Shown: positions 7,451 through 15,715 of the stretch, piece after piece
How positions within the stretch are numbered: the first letter of the stretch is position 1
Layout: the number at the start of each line of letters is the position of its first letter
NCBI GenBank assembly: GCA_963740635.1
Contig: CAVUEQ010000001.1
Location: forward strand, 209,026 to 273,025
DNA: 64,000 nucleotides
Direction of reading: 5' to 3'
DNA from: an uncultured bacterium
GTDB taxonomy: Bacteria; Patescibacteriota; Saccharimonadia; UBA4664
The notes under the pieces: model-generated
The model's database searches: none
What the model saw: only the letters and a program-made list of their open reading frames with translations
What the model was told of the DNA's origin: nothing
Program-made: the position numbers and the translations under genes

Positions 7451-8056
7451 ATGCGTAACATCTTACAGCTGTCAGTATCTACGGTACTGTTGGCTTCTCA
7501 GGTTCACATCCCCTTCTTGGGTGATGTGGCCGCCACGGCGACGCCTGATAACCAGGCAGCCGCTGGAGTTTACGAGGTGAAACTTAACACTAATAGCGCT
7601 GCGGCGATTGAAGTAGTTGGCCCCAAAAAGCCTGACTACGACGCCGACGTGCTGGTTCCGCTGCACAACGCGCAAGCCCAGGCTGCTGCGGCTGCGGCCA
7701 AGAAGGCGGCTGTCAAACGCCGCCGGACTGTGACCGTCCGCCCGGTGGTGGCCGTCCAGATTCCTGGAAGCCACGCCGACTGGATGCGTGCGGCCGGGAT
7801 CGCTGCAAGCGATTTCGGTTATGTGAGCTACATCATCGACCACGAAAGTGGTTGGGTGTGCACAAAGTGGAACTACCGTGGCTCGGGTGCTTATGGTTTG
7901 GGTCAAGCCATGCCGGCCGGTAAAATGGCGGCCTACGGCTCAGACTACATGACCAACCCGGTCACCCAGCTGCGTTGGGCTAACGCCTACGCGGTGGGCC
8001 GCTACGGCTCGTGGGCTGCGGCTTATGGCCACTGGCTCGCCCGCCACAGCTGGTAA
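7451..8056 (+). CDS. Secreted lysozyme-like / lytic-transglycosylase-domain protein
   Basis: The N-terminus is hydrophobic. The C-terminal 'IIDHESGWVCTKWNYRGSGAYGLGQAMPAGKM...' fits the ES...N..G..GL.Q catalytic motif of SLT/IsaA-type transglycosylases. Confidence 0.6.
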   Translation: MRNILQLSVSTVLLASQVHIPFLGDVAATATPDNQAAAGVYEVKLNTNSAAAIEVVGPKKPDYDADVLVPLHNAQAQAAAAAAKKAAVKRRRTVTVRPVVAVQIPGSHADWMRAAGIAASDFGYVSYIIDHESGWVCTKWNYRGSGAYGLGQAMPAGKMAAYGSDYMTNPVTQLRWANAYAVGRYGSWAAAYGHWLARHSW

Positions 8057-8066
8057 CCAGCAACAA

Positions 8067-8106
8067 AATGACCCCAAAGCTTTACGGCTGAGGGGTCATT
8101 TTTTGT
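8067..8106 (+). terminator. Rho-independent terminator
   Basis: AATGACCCC (8067-8075) pairs with GGGGTCATT (8092-8100), followed by TTTTTTGT. It lies 11 nt after the stop at 8056. Confidence 0.7.
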
Positions 8107-8317
8107 ATGCCGGCGGTTTGGGCGCTGGCATAGAGATGGTTAAGGTAATCGAGCTGGGCCATGGCCGCGTCCCGGCCGAGCTGCAGGGTCCAGAGGTATA
8201 CCAGAACGCCACCGACTAACACGAGGGCTTTTTTCATAGTATTGGCTACCATATCTGGAGACTGCTGATAAGGCAAGCAACTCCGGATGGCAAGTCTAAC
8301 TTGGAATGGGTGGGCCC

Positions 8318-8353
8318 AGAAAAGAAGAAGGGCCCGCTCGTAATGAGCGGGCC
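8318..8353 (-). terminator. Rho-independent terminator for the sortase-like operon
   Basis: A 9-bp stem GGCCCGCTC / GAGCGGGCC (8331-8339 / 8345-8353) with loop GTAAT is followed on the minus strand by CTTCTTCTTTTCT. A second 10-bp GC hairpin lies at 8396-8436. Confidence 0.55.
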
Positions 8354-8443
8354 GGGTGGACATGTCAGATCGCGGGGGCTGGTCTTGGTGGGGCAGGGAG
8401 GCGGATGAGCGCCGTACGAACGTTCGTCCGCCTCCCCCGGCTA

Positions 8444-9115
8444 TTAGCCGGCGCCGCTCGGCCCTGCAGTGGCCGATATCAGCGTGCCTAGTACGATGCG
8501 GTTGTCTTCGTGTGATCCCTCTCCAGGGAGGATGCATGATACAAGCGCGGCGTCGTAGTGCCCGAAGTTGAAATGGGGCATGCGAGCTTTGGGCTGGTGC
8601 ACTACCGCGTCGATGCGGTAGGTGAAAGAGCCTTTGAGGCTCTGAACAACCGCTGTGTCTCCCGGGACGGCGAGATTCAGCCGCGTGAACGGGCAGGTGT
8701 GATGTATGCAGGTGTGCCCGTACATGATCGAAGTGCCTTTTGAGGGATATTGCGGCTGAACAGAACTTGTCCAGAAGACCGCCCGTCCCCAGATTGGCGG
8801 GTCGATGACAGCTTCTTTCCGGGACGCTATATCATCGACTCCGGCCTCGATCAGCTTGTGACCGCTATGGATCACCTCAAGGTAATACGGGTCATACTGG
8901 GGGTCATAAACCTTCTTGCGGTCCGGGGCTGCGATGACCAGCGGCGGCGTACTTGGCGGTCGGGAGGTAGCCGCCGCTGACGTCGTCGTTGCGATTGGAG
9001 GACCGGCAGGCAGTGAGCCTTCGGTGGTCGCGGAACTGGTGCACGATGTGAGCAGCACCGCGACCATTGCAGCCGCAAAACCTGCAAGCGACTGCGTAAC
9101 TCTCCAGCGGCCCAT
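8444..9115 (-). CDS. Sortase-family transpeptidase-like lipoprotein
   Basis: A lipobox 'LLTSC' follows the N-terminal hydrophobic segment. Sortase-like catalytic spacing is present: 'IMYGHT' (His), 'LAVPGDTAVVQ...FTYRI', 'ALVSC' (Cys), 'NRIVL' (Arg). Confidence 0.65.
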   Translation of the reverse strand: MGRWRVTQSLAGFAAAMVAVLLTSCTSSATTEGSLPAGPPIATTTSAAATSRPPSTPPLVIAAPDRKKVYDPQYDPYYLEVIHSGHKLIEAGVDDIASRKEAVIDPPIWGRAVFWTSSVQPQYPSKGTSIMYGHTCIHHTCPFTRLNLAVPGDTAVVQSLKGSFTYRIDAVVHQPKARMPHFNFGHYDAALVSCILPGEGSHEDNRIVLGTLISATAGPSGAG

Positions 9116-9121
9116 TGCGGC

Positions 9122-9841
9122 TCAGAAGTCGCCGGTGTAGCCGGGCGGGGCACCACCAGTGACCACCTCAACCGGGGCCTGCACCGGCGCGGGGGCCGGG
9201 ACATGCACCACGACGGTGACGGGCGGGGGCTGGTGGCCAGGCCGGTTCACGAAGACCGTCTTCGTGACGGGCTTGGGAGCCGGCTTCTCGACGACGACCG
9301 TCCGCGTGACGGTCGGTGGCTGATGGGCCGGCGGAGTGGTGGTTGGTGTGGGAGCCGGCGGGGTCGTGGTCGGCGGCGGCGGCGGGGTTGTGGCCGGCGG
9401 CTTGGTCGGGCAAGGGGTCTTGCCGCGGTGATCAATCGGTCTCGGGTGTTCCGTCGGCTTCGGGTGCTCGGTCGCCTTGGGGTGCTCACCCTTGTCGCGG
9501 TCGCCCTTGGGGTGGTCGCCGTCCTTGCGGTCCTTGTCGTTGCCCTGGCCGATGACACCCTTGCCGTGGTCGTCCTTGCGGCCGTGGTCGCTGGTCGCTG
9601 TGGCGTGGCCGTCGCGGCCGTTGCCGTGGTTGCCATGGTTGTCCCACGCGCTGGCGCTGCCAGCGAGTGCGAGACTGAGGACGAGGGCGGCGAGCAGGGC
9701 CACCAGTGCGGCGAACGGCCGCACGAAGCGCGCGGCCGGCCTGGCCGGCTGGTGCCGGTGGGCACGGGGAGCGGGGATTTCCGGCTCGGTGGTTTGCTGG
9801 TGGTGGCGGCCCTCGTAGAAGGCCCTGTGCAAGTAGGACAT
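9122..9841 (-). CDS. Secreted His-rich / Pro-Thr-rich repeat protein
   Basis: The ATG at 9841 is preceded by GAAGGGA. A signal-like segment 'FAALVALLAALVLSLALAGSASA|W' is followed by 'DNHGNHGNGRDGH...DHGKG...EHPKATEHPKPTEHPRPIDH' and 'TTPPPPPTTTPPAPTPTTTPP'. The gene lies 6 nt upstream of the sortase-like gene. Confidence 0.6.
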   Translation of the reverse strand: MSYLHRAFYEGRHHQQTTEPEIPAPRAHRHQPARPAARFVRPFAALVALLAALVLSLALAGSASAWDNHGNHGNGRDGHATATSDHGRKDDHGKGVIGQGNDKDRKDGDHPKGDRDKGEHPKATEHPKPTEHPRPIDHRGKTPCPTKPPATTPPPPPTTTPPAPTPTTTPPAHQPPTVTRTVVVEKPAPKPVTKTVFVNRPGHQPPPVTVVVHVPAPAPVQAPVEVVTGGAPPGYTGDF

Positions 9842-10073
9842 GTTGGTCCCTTCTTGGGTTGTTCGCGAATTCCGGCTGGCTGCCGGGCATCCCATTTGGG
9901 AACGCATTTCAGCCTACTGCGCAGGGCAATAAGCTGGGGTGCGTTCCCAAAAATGTGCGATCTGACATGTCAAAGTATCAACTGCACGAGGATTTCCTCT
10001 CCGCACAGCCAATCGCAGATTTTAGCATGCTTTCAAGCATTTTGTCTATGGCATAATTGGCAGGTTCTGTCCA

Positions 10074-11042
10074 CTAAACCGGAACAGTCAGGGACGGGAT
10101 TTTGGACGAGGCAACGATGTCTCTGACCTGCGCGGGCGTGGTAGCTTCCATTAGTTCAGACCGAAGTTCGGCGGCGCCCGGCCAGGAATTAACGTAGATC
10201 TTGAAGAATTTCTTGAGCGTCTGAAACGATTTGCTGCTCCCCCACTGCTCATAGAGGTCGAGGTGGCGCAGGAGGACCGCCAGGCGCCGCTCGGGGTCGT
10301 GGGTGGTTTGGGCCGGGTCGAAAATGAACGGGTCGTGGAAAATGCCGCGGCCGATCATGAGGCCGTCGGCGCCGGTACGGGCGGCCAGCTCCAGGCCCTG
10401 GGCGCGGGATTCGATGTCGCCATTGCCGATGATGAGGGTTTGGGAGCCGGCTTGGTCGCGCAGCTTTGCGACTTTGGTGATTTCGTCCCAGTGCGCCGGA
10501 ACACGGCTCATTTCACGGACTGTGCGGGCATGAATGGTAAGGGCGGCGAGATCCTGGGTGAGCAGGAACCCGGCCCATTCTTTGGTGATGATTTTGCCTA
10601 TGCCAAGCCGGGTTTTCACGCTCACGGGCAGGCCGGGGGCGCCCTGACGCACGGCGGCGATGATGCCGGCTACGCGCTCGTTTTGGCCAATGAGGCCGCC
10701 GCCGCAGCCGCGCGCCACAATCCCCCGCTCCGGGCAGCCGAGGTTGATGTCGATGCCGGCAAAGCCGAGCTGCGCGATATCTTCGGCCGAGCGGCGGAAC
10801 AGCTCTGGGTCGTTGCCCCAGATCTGGGCTACCAGATTGCCGGCGCTGCCCGGCGCGATGCGCAGGCGCTCCAGGGTATGCTCGCGCCCGGCCGATTGCA
10901 GGCCATCGACCGACACGAATTCGGTCATAAACACGTCGGGCGGGGCGATTTCGGCTACGAGTTGCCGAAAAACCACGTTGGTGACGTCATCCATCGGGGC
11001 GAGCACAAAAAACGGCCGCTCAAGCTGTTGCCAAAAGTTCAT
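10074..11042 (-). CDS. dus: tRNA-dihydrouridine synthase
   Basis: 'LAPMDDVTNVVFRQ' and 'GIDINLGCPERGIVARGCGGGLI' match Dus family motifs. TAAAAT ends 6 nt upstream of the ATG. Confidence 0.85.
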   Translation of the reverse strand: MNFWQQLERPFFVLAPMDDVTNVVFRQLVAEIAPPDVFMTEFVSVDGLQSAGREHTLERLRIAPGSAGNLVAQIWGNDPELFRRSAEDIAQLGFAGIDINLGCPERGIVARGCGGGLIGQNERVAGIIAAVRQGAPGLPVSVKTRLGIGKIITKEWAGFLLTQDLAALTIHARTVREMSRVPAHWDEITKVAKLRDQAGSQTLIIGNGDIESRAQGLELAARTGADGLMIGRGIFHDPFIFDPAQTTHDPERRLAVLLRHLDLYEQWGSSKSFQTLKKFFKIYVNSWPGAAELRSELMEATTPAQVRDIVASSKIPSLTVPV

Positions 11043-11066
11043 TTTGGTATTTTAACATGTAACCAG

Positions 11067-11912
11067 CTACCGGATAACCCAGTTGCCGGCGCCGAGGTTG
11101 CGGACCTTGCCGGTGATCTCCATGAGGCTGATGATGTTGGCGAACTGGGCCGCGCTGAACCGGCCCTTTTCAATCAGCTCTTCGCTGGAGGTAGCGCCTT
11201 CCTCGAGCAGTTTGACGATGAGCTTTTCATCGGGGCTTTGCGCCGGGACGGGTACGGCTTCGCGGGCGTTGAAGCCGAGCGCATTGATGACGTCGGCGGA
11301 CGATGTGACGGGCGTGGCGCCGCTGCGCAGGAGATTGTTCGGTCCCGCCGAGAACTCGGAGTAGATGCTGCCGGGCACCGCCATCACCTGCCGGCCGAGG
11401 CCCAAAGCGCGGTGGGCTGTGATGAGCGCACCGCTTTTGGTGGCGGCTTCGGTGACGATGGTAGCGAAACTAAGCGCCGCGATAATGCGGTTGCGCTCCA
11501 CGAAATTTTCTTTGTAGGGGGGAATCCCAACTTCGTATTCGGAAACCAAGGCGCCGCCTTTGGCCAAAATCTCGGCGGCCAGTCCCCGGTGCCGCGGAGG
11601 GTAGATGCGGTCGAGCCCGTGGGCCAGCACTGCTACGGTCTTGCCGCCGGCGTCGAGGGCGGCGCGGTGGGCGATGGAATCAATGCCGATGGCCAGGCCA
11701 CTCACGATGACAGCGCCCGCACGCGACAATTCCTTCGCGATTTGGTAGGTCGCTTTCTCTCCGTAAATGGTGGGCTTGCGCGAGCCAACAATGGCGACGA
11801 GCGAATCTTTGGGCAATTCTCCTAAAACGTTAATGCTTTTGACGGGCGGGCCGGCCTGGCGCAGCTGATCTGGAAACTTACTTGATTTGGAAGAAATCTT
11901 AGAAATTTGCAT
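11067..11912 (-). CDS. dprA: DNA-processing protein DprA (Smf)
   Basis: 'IVGSRKPTIYGEKATYQIAKELSRAGAVIVSGLAIGIDSIAHRAAL...AVLAHGLDRIYP' is the canonical DprA Rossmann core. Confidence 0.9.
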   Translation of the reverse strand: MQISKISSKSSKFPDQLRQAGPPVKSINVLGELPKDSLVAIVGSRKPTIYGEKATYQIAKELSRAGAVIVSGLAIGIDSIAHRAALDAGGKTVAVLAHGLDRIYPPRHRGLAAEILAKGGALVSEYEVGIPPYKENFVERNRIIAALSFATIVTEAATKSGALITAHRALGLGRQVMAVPGSIYSEFSAGPNNLLRSGATPVTSSADVINALGFNAREAVPVPAQSPDEKLIVKLLEEGATSSEELIEKGRFSAAQFANIISLMEITGKVRNLGAGNWVIR

Positions 11913-11920
11913 ATATTTTA

Positions 11921-11949
11921 TTGACAGATTCCGTAAAGTGTGTTAACAT
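11921..11949 (+). promoter_or_regulatory. Sigma-70-type promoter TTGACA-17-TAACAT
   Basis: TTGACA is at 11921-11926 and TAACAT at 11944-11949, with a 17-nt spacer. It points into the 290-bp gap before the methyltransferase gene. Confidence 0.5.
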
Positions 11950-11955
11950 CGTGAT

Positions 11956-12188
11956 CATACCTCTTTGCAGAGGTAAGAACCACACTAACATACCACTAAT
12001 TCGCCTGTAAAAATATCTAAATGCACCCTCCTTTAGGTATTTGCTACAGGCGGATTAGTCCCTTCACACCCGTTACGCTATATGCGTTTCGCACAAAACG
12101 CCCGTGAGGTGAGGTTGAAGGGTGTAATAAAGACCCGACGCTTCGCGGTGACCACCCACCGCGTAGTTGCTCGGGTCTTTATTTGTTT
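11956..12188 (+). ncRNA. Candidate structured RNA of unknown class (independent sRNA or terminating leader)
   Basis: It is bounded by the promoter above and by a terminator: AGACCCGA 12131-12138 / TCGGGTCT 12171-12178, with an inner CGCGGTG/CACCGCG hairpin, then TTTATTTGTTT. Internal hairpins are UACCUCU/AGAGGUA (11958-11975) and a ~19-bp helix at 12002-12052 whose apical loop is UGCACCCUCC. No plausible ORF is present. Confidence 0.4.
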
Positions 12189-12204
12189 AATGTAGGATTG
12201 GATT

Positions 12205-13227
12205 ATGAATTATTTGATGGCGGTATTTCCGGGTCTGAGCGGATTGCTTGGCGAGGAGCTGAGCGGGCGGACTGGCTTGCATGGGCAATTGCTGGGCCGG
12301 GTGCGCGGGAGCGAGCTGGTGAGCGTGGAGGCGCGTGGTGATGCCGGGCTGCTGGAGCTGCGGCTGGCTGAGGATGTTTTTCGGCGGCTCGCGGAGGTCA
12401 AATTGACCGGGAAGCCGGCGGATTTGAAGAATATTGCGGCTGCACTGGGCAAGGCTGCCGGTCTGCCGGCGCGGGTGAAATACCGGGTGGTGGTGCAGGC
12501 CGACGACGCGCGCTGGCGCGGGTACCGGCGCGTGGATATGCAGCGGGCGGCCGAAGCGGGCCTGCTGCGGTCGCATGCCGGCTGGCGATTGTCGGCACAG
12601 GAGGCTCCGGTGGAGATTTGGCTGCACCAGGTGGGATGGACGCTGCACGCGAGCCTGAGGCTGACTACGGCTGAGCACCGCGCGCGGGGTGGCCGTGAGG
12701 TGGAGCGCAGTGCGGCGCTGCGGCCGACGATTGCTGCCGCGATGGTGCAGGCCTCTGAGCCGGCCGAGAATGACGTGTTCCTGGACCCGATGTGCGGCAC
12801 CGGGACGATACTGCTGGAGCGGGCGCTGGCCGGCCGGCATGCGCTGCTGATTGGCGGTGATATTGATCCGGCGGCCGTGCGGGCTACCCAGGAGAATTTT
12901 GGGCCGCGGCACAAGCCGGTCCGCATTGAGCGCATGGACGCGCGGAAATTGCCCCTGGAGGACGGCTCGGTCGATAAATTGGTGACGAATTTGCCTTGGG
13001 GACGCCAAATTGGTGATCCGGCTGGATTGCCGGCGTTGTATGCCGGCGTGTTGGCTGAGGCTGTGCGGGTCGTGCGCCCCGGCGGGCGGGTCGTGCTGCT
13101 CACTGGTGAGCCGGGGGTGCTGGAGAGGGCTTTTAAGGGTAATTCTAACTTGAAGCCGATTCGCGTGGTTGCTGGGATTGAGGTTTTAGGCCGGCCCGCG
13201 AGCATGTTTGTGCTAGAGCGCACATAA
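12205..13227 (+). CDS. THUMP-domain class I SAM-dependent RNA methyltransferase
   Basis: 'LDPMCGTGTILLE' is the SAM-binding motif I and 'VTNLPWGRQIG' is the NPPY-like motif IV. The N-terminal ~150 aa is THUMP-like. AGGA lies upstream of the ATG. Confidence 0.8.
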   Translation: MNYLMAVFPGLSGLLGEELSGRTGLHGQLLGRVRGSELVSVEARGDAGLLELRLAEDVFRRLAEVKLTGKPADLKNIAAALGKAAGLPARVKYRVVVQADDARWRGYRRVDMQRAAEAGLLRSHAGWRLSAQEAPVEIWLHQVGWTLHASLRLTTAEHRARGGREVERSAALRPTIAAAMVQASEPAENDVFLDPMCGTGTILLERALAGRHALLIGGDIDPAAVRATQENFGPRHKPVRIERMDARKLPLEDGSVDKLVTNLPWGRQIGDPAGLPALYAGVLAEAVRVVRPGGRVVLLTGEPGVLERAFKGNSNLKPIRVVAGIEVLGRPASMFVLERT

Positions 13228-13246
13228 GGATATTTAAAGCGGCGGA

Positions 13247-13288
13247 GTTATATGCACTTTGCATATATGCGAAATGCATATAGTTACG
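13247..13288. repeat. AT-rich nested palindrome, copy A
   Basis: The sequence is agTTATATGCAcTTTGCATATATGCGAAATGCATATAGTTac, lying between convergent gene ends (13227 and 13326). It belongs to the same family as 16699-16738 and 59135-59178. Confidence 0.8.
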
Positions 13289-13325
13289 GTCTGTTGCATC
13301 AGCCGGCGGCTGGCATGCACGACAA

Positions 13326-13892
13326 TCAGATGAGTTCGAACGTGGTGTCTTGGGGTGAGGGGTGCGCGAGTTGCTGCAAAACGACGGCTGCGGAGGTAGC
13401 GATGACTTGCGGGAGCTTTGCCTGCTCTTCTTCGTTAAAAGACTTGAGCACGTAAACTTCGCTGGGCTCCACGGAGCGGTCGTTGAGGCTGATGCCGACC
13501 TTTACGCGCATGAATTTATTGCCGATGTGGGCGATTGTGGAATTTACGCCCTGGTGGCCGCTGCCCGAGATGCCATCCGTGCGCAGGCGGAGCCGGCCGA
13601 ACGGTACGTCGACGTCGTCGAATATCACCCAGACGTCGGCCGGGGTGAGTTTGTAGTGCTGCAGGAGGCGCTGAATGGCCTCGCCCGAGAGATTCATCAT
13701 GTTTTGGGGCTTGGCCAGCACGATCTGCTCGCCGTCGAGACTGGCGGTGGCAACATCGGATTTGAGCTTGGGCTCGGGTTTCCAGGTGGCGCTGAGCGAC
13801 GCGGCGAGGCGGTCGGCCACCATGAAGCCGATATTGTGCCGGGTGTGGGCGTAGCGGGCGCCGATATTGCCGAGGCCTACGACCAATTTCAT
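13326..13892 (-). CDS. pth: Peptidyl-tRNA hydrolase
   Basis: 'MKLVVGLGNIGARYAHTRHNIGFMVADRLA' is the canonical Pth N-terminus. The ATG at 13892 overlaps the upstream stop (ATGA), so I do not use the track start at 13934. Confidence 0.9.
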   Translation of the reverse strand: MKLVVGLGNIGARYAHTRHNIGFMVADRLAASLSATWKPEPKLKSDVATASLDGEQIVLAKPQNMMNLSGEAIQRLLQHYKLTPADVWVIFDDVDVPFGRLRLRTDGISGSGHQGVNSTIAHIGNKFMRVKVGISLNDRSVEPSEVYVLKSFNEEEQAKLPQVIATSAAVVLQQLAHPSPQDTTFELI

Positions 13893-14329
13893 TTCACTAG
13901 CCCCCGTTCGAGCGCCGGCTGGTAGCTTTTCCAAAATTGCGAATGCAGGGGCTCGGGCAGGTTGTCGCTGGTGAACCAGCCGACCTCAGCGATTTTGCCG
14001 GGCTCGCCGATGGAAATTGTGTCCGGGTCTACCAGGACGGCGTGCATCACGGTGACCCAGTGCGTGGGCGTGCCGTTGGGGAGGGTGCGGTGGGCGTCGT
14101 AGACGTTGAGGAAGCGGATGTCGAGAGGGGTGGTTTTGAGCTCCTCTTTGACTTCGCGACGGACAGCGTCGTTAATGGTTTCGTTGAATTCAATCGCGCC
14201 GCCGCCAACGTCCCAACGGCCGCGCTCGTCGCGGGCGCCGTGGCCGCGTTTTTGCAGCAATACCCGGCCTTGGGCGTCGTGGACTATGAACGACGCTGAT
14301 ACACCGATGAAGTCGATTCCGCTTAACAT
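13889..14329 (-). CDS. NUDIX hydrolase
   Basis: The Nudix box 'GGGAIEFNETINDAVRREVKEELK' fits GX5EX7REUXEEXGU. Confidence 0.85.
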   Translation of the reverse strand: MLSGIDFIGVSASFIVHDAQGRVLLQKRGHGARDERGRWDVGGGAIEFNETINDAVRREVKEELKTTPLDIRFLNVYDAHRTLPNGTPTHWVTVMHAVLVDPDTISIGEPGKIAEVGWFTSDNLPEPLHSQFWKSYQPALERGLVK

Positions 14330-14338
14330 GCCCTTATT

Positions 14339-15700
14339 CTACTTGCTTTTGGTGCGTCGCACATCCTTGCCGTGCTTGTGGCGGAATTCGAGCCGGATGG
14401 GGGTGCCGATGAAGTCCCAGGTGTCGCGGATGTTGTTTTCGAGATAGCGCCGGTAGCCGAAGTGAATGAGGTCCGGGTAGGTGCAGAAGAACGTGAAGCT
14501 GGGCGGCTCGGTGCCGGTTTGGGTGCCGTAGTTGATCTTGGGCAGGCGGCCTTTGAGGCCGGCCGGGGGTTGTTTGAGCACCAGCTTCTCGATGAGGCGG
14601 TTGAAGGGGCCGGTGGGGACGAGGGTAGCGCGGCGCTCGTCGATCTGGACGGCCAGCTCCATGAGCTGGCCTACGTGCAGGCCGTGGGTGGCCGAGGTGA
14701 ACACGAGCGGCGCCCACCAGGCAAATTGGAACTCGTTTTTGAGTAATACGGTGAGGCGGTCCTGGGTTTTTTCGTCTTTTACGACCGCGTCCCATTTGTT
14801 GTAGGCAATGATGAGGCCCTTGCCGGCTTCGATGATTTGGCCGGCCAGGTTCAGGTCGCCGGCCACATGGCCTTCGACGCCGTCGAGCACGAGCACGCAA
14901 ACGTCGGCTTCGTGGATGGCGCTGAGCGTGCGCAGGGCGCTGAATTTCTCGATGCCGCGCTCGATGCGGCCGCGGCGGCGCAGGCCGGCGGTGTCGAGCA
15001 GCTCGATGGCGCGGCCCTTGTATTTGATGGTTTCGGTGGCGGTGTCGCGGGTGGTGCCGGGGGTGGACGATACCAGGGCCTTTTGCTTGCCGATGAGGCT
15101 GTTGAGCAGACTCGATTTGCCGACGTTGGGCCGGCCGATGAGCGCCAGGCGCAGGGGGGGGTTGGCTTCGGCCTCGGTGGCGGGGGCGTTGGCGATGGTG
15201 GTGGTGATGGCGTCGAGCAGGTCGCCGGTGCCGCGGCCGTGGATAGCCGACACGCCGACGATGGCGGGAATGCCGAGGCGGCGCCAGGATTCCAGATCGG
15301 CGCCGGCGGCGGTGTCGATTTTGCCGAGCGCCAGGATGACCGGCTTGCCGGTTTTGAGCGCCAGGCGCGCGGCGGTCTGGTCTTCGGCGGTGATCATGGT
15401 GGCAGCGTCCACCACCACCACGATCACGCTCGCGGCTGCGGCGATTTCGCGGATTTGGTCTTGGGCCTGGAGTTCGATGCCGCCGCCGGCACGCCCCGGC
15501 GCACTTTCAGCCTTGGAGAGGCCGGCGGTGTCAACCAGCGTGAAGCTTTTGCCGGCCCAGTGGGCGGTGCCGTAGTTGGCGTTGCGGGTGGTGCCGGAGG
15601 TTTCGTGCGTGATGGCTTGGCGCGTGCCGATAAGCCTGTTAAACAGGCTCGATTTGCCGACATTAGGCCGGCCTACGATCGCAACTAATGCTGAGCTCAT
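14339..15700 (-). CDS. der: Ribosome-associated GTPase Der (EngA)
   Basis: It has two tandem G domains ('IVGRPNVGKSSLFNRL', 'LIGRPNVGKSSLLNSL', DTAG motifs) and a KH-like C-terminus. Confidence 0.95.
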   Translation of the reverse strand: MSSALVAIVGRPNVGKSSLFNRLIGTRQAITHETSGTTRNANYGTAHWAGKSFTLVDTAGLSKAESAPGRAGGGIELQAQDQIREIAAAASVIVVVVDAATMITAEDQTAARLALKTGKPVILALGKIDTAAGADLESWRRLGIPAIVGVSAIHGRGTGDLLDAITTTIANAPATEAEANPPLRLALIGRPNVGKSSLLNSLIGKQKALVSSTPGTTRDTATETIKYKGRAIELLDTAGLRRRGRIERGIEKFSALRTLSAIHEADVCVLVLDGVEGHVAGDLNLAGQIIEAGKGLIIAYNKWDAVVKDEKTQDRLTVLLKNEFQFAWWAPLVFTSATHGLHVGQLMELAVQIDERRATLVPTGPFNRLIEKLVLKQPPAGLKGRLPKINYGTQTGTEPPSFTFFCTYPDLIHFGYRRYLENNIRDTWDFIGTPIRLEFRHKHGKDVRRTKSK

Positions 15701-15715
15701 AATACGTAAACTTTG

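Noticed and set aside
8082-8537. 151-aa track ORF, and a shorter internal 51-aa ORF (8082-8237, 'MKKALVLVGGVLVYLW...').
   Set aside because: The long version is a G+C-rich shadow running through terminator hairpins. The short version has one hydrophobic helix but no RBS or leaderless -10, and its 3' end lies inside the 8067-8106 terminator. There is not enough support to call either.
9122-9200. Search for an LPXTG-type sorting signal at the C-terminus of the His/Pro-rich protein upstream of the sortase-like gene.
   Set aside because: The protein ends 'VEVVTGGAPPGYTGDF*' with no LPXTG-like pentapeptide, hydrophobic stretch or basic tail. A classical sortase-substrate relationship therefore cannot be claimed.
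12141-12170. T-box-like sequence: the minus-strand reading GCGGTGGGTGGTCACCGCG resembles the conserved T-box GGGUGGUACCGCG.
   Set aside because: It lies at the 5' end rather than the 3' end of any possible minus-strand leader. The downstream minus-strand gene is dprA, which is not an aminoacyl-tRNA-related gene. No Stem I or specifier features are present. It is more simply the inner hairpin of the plus-strand terminator.
13252-13455. 67-aa ORF 'MHFAYMRNAYSYG...' and the C-terminal half of ORF 59063-59353.
   Set aside because: Both are translations of the palindromic repeat plus antisense or intergenic sequence. The shared peptide simply reflects the DNA repeat.
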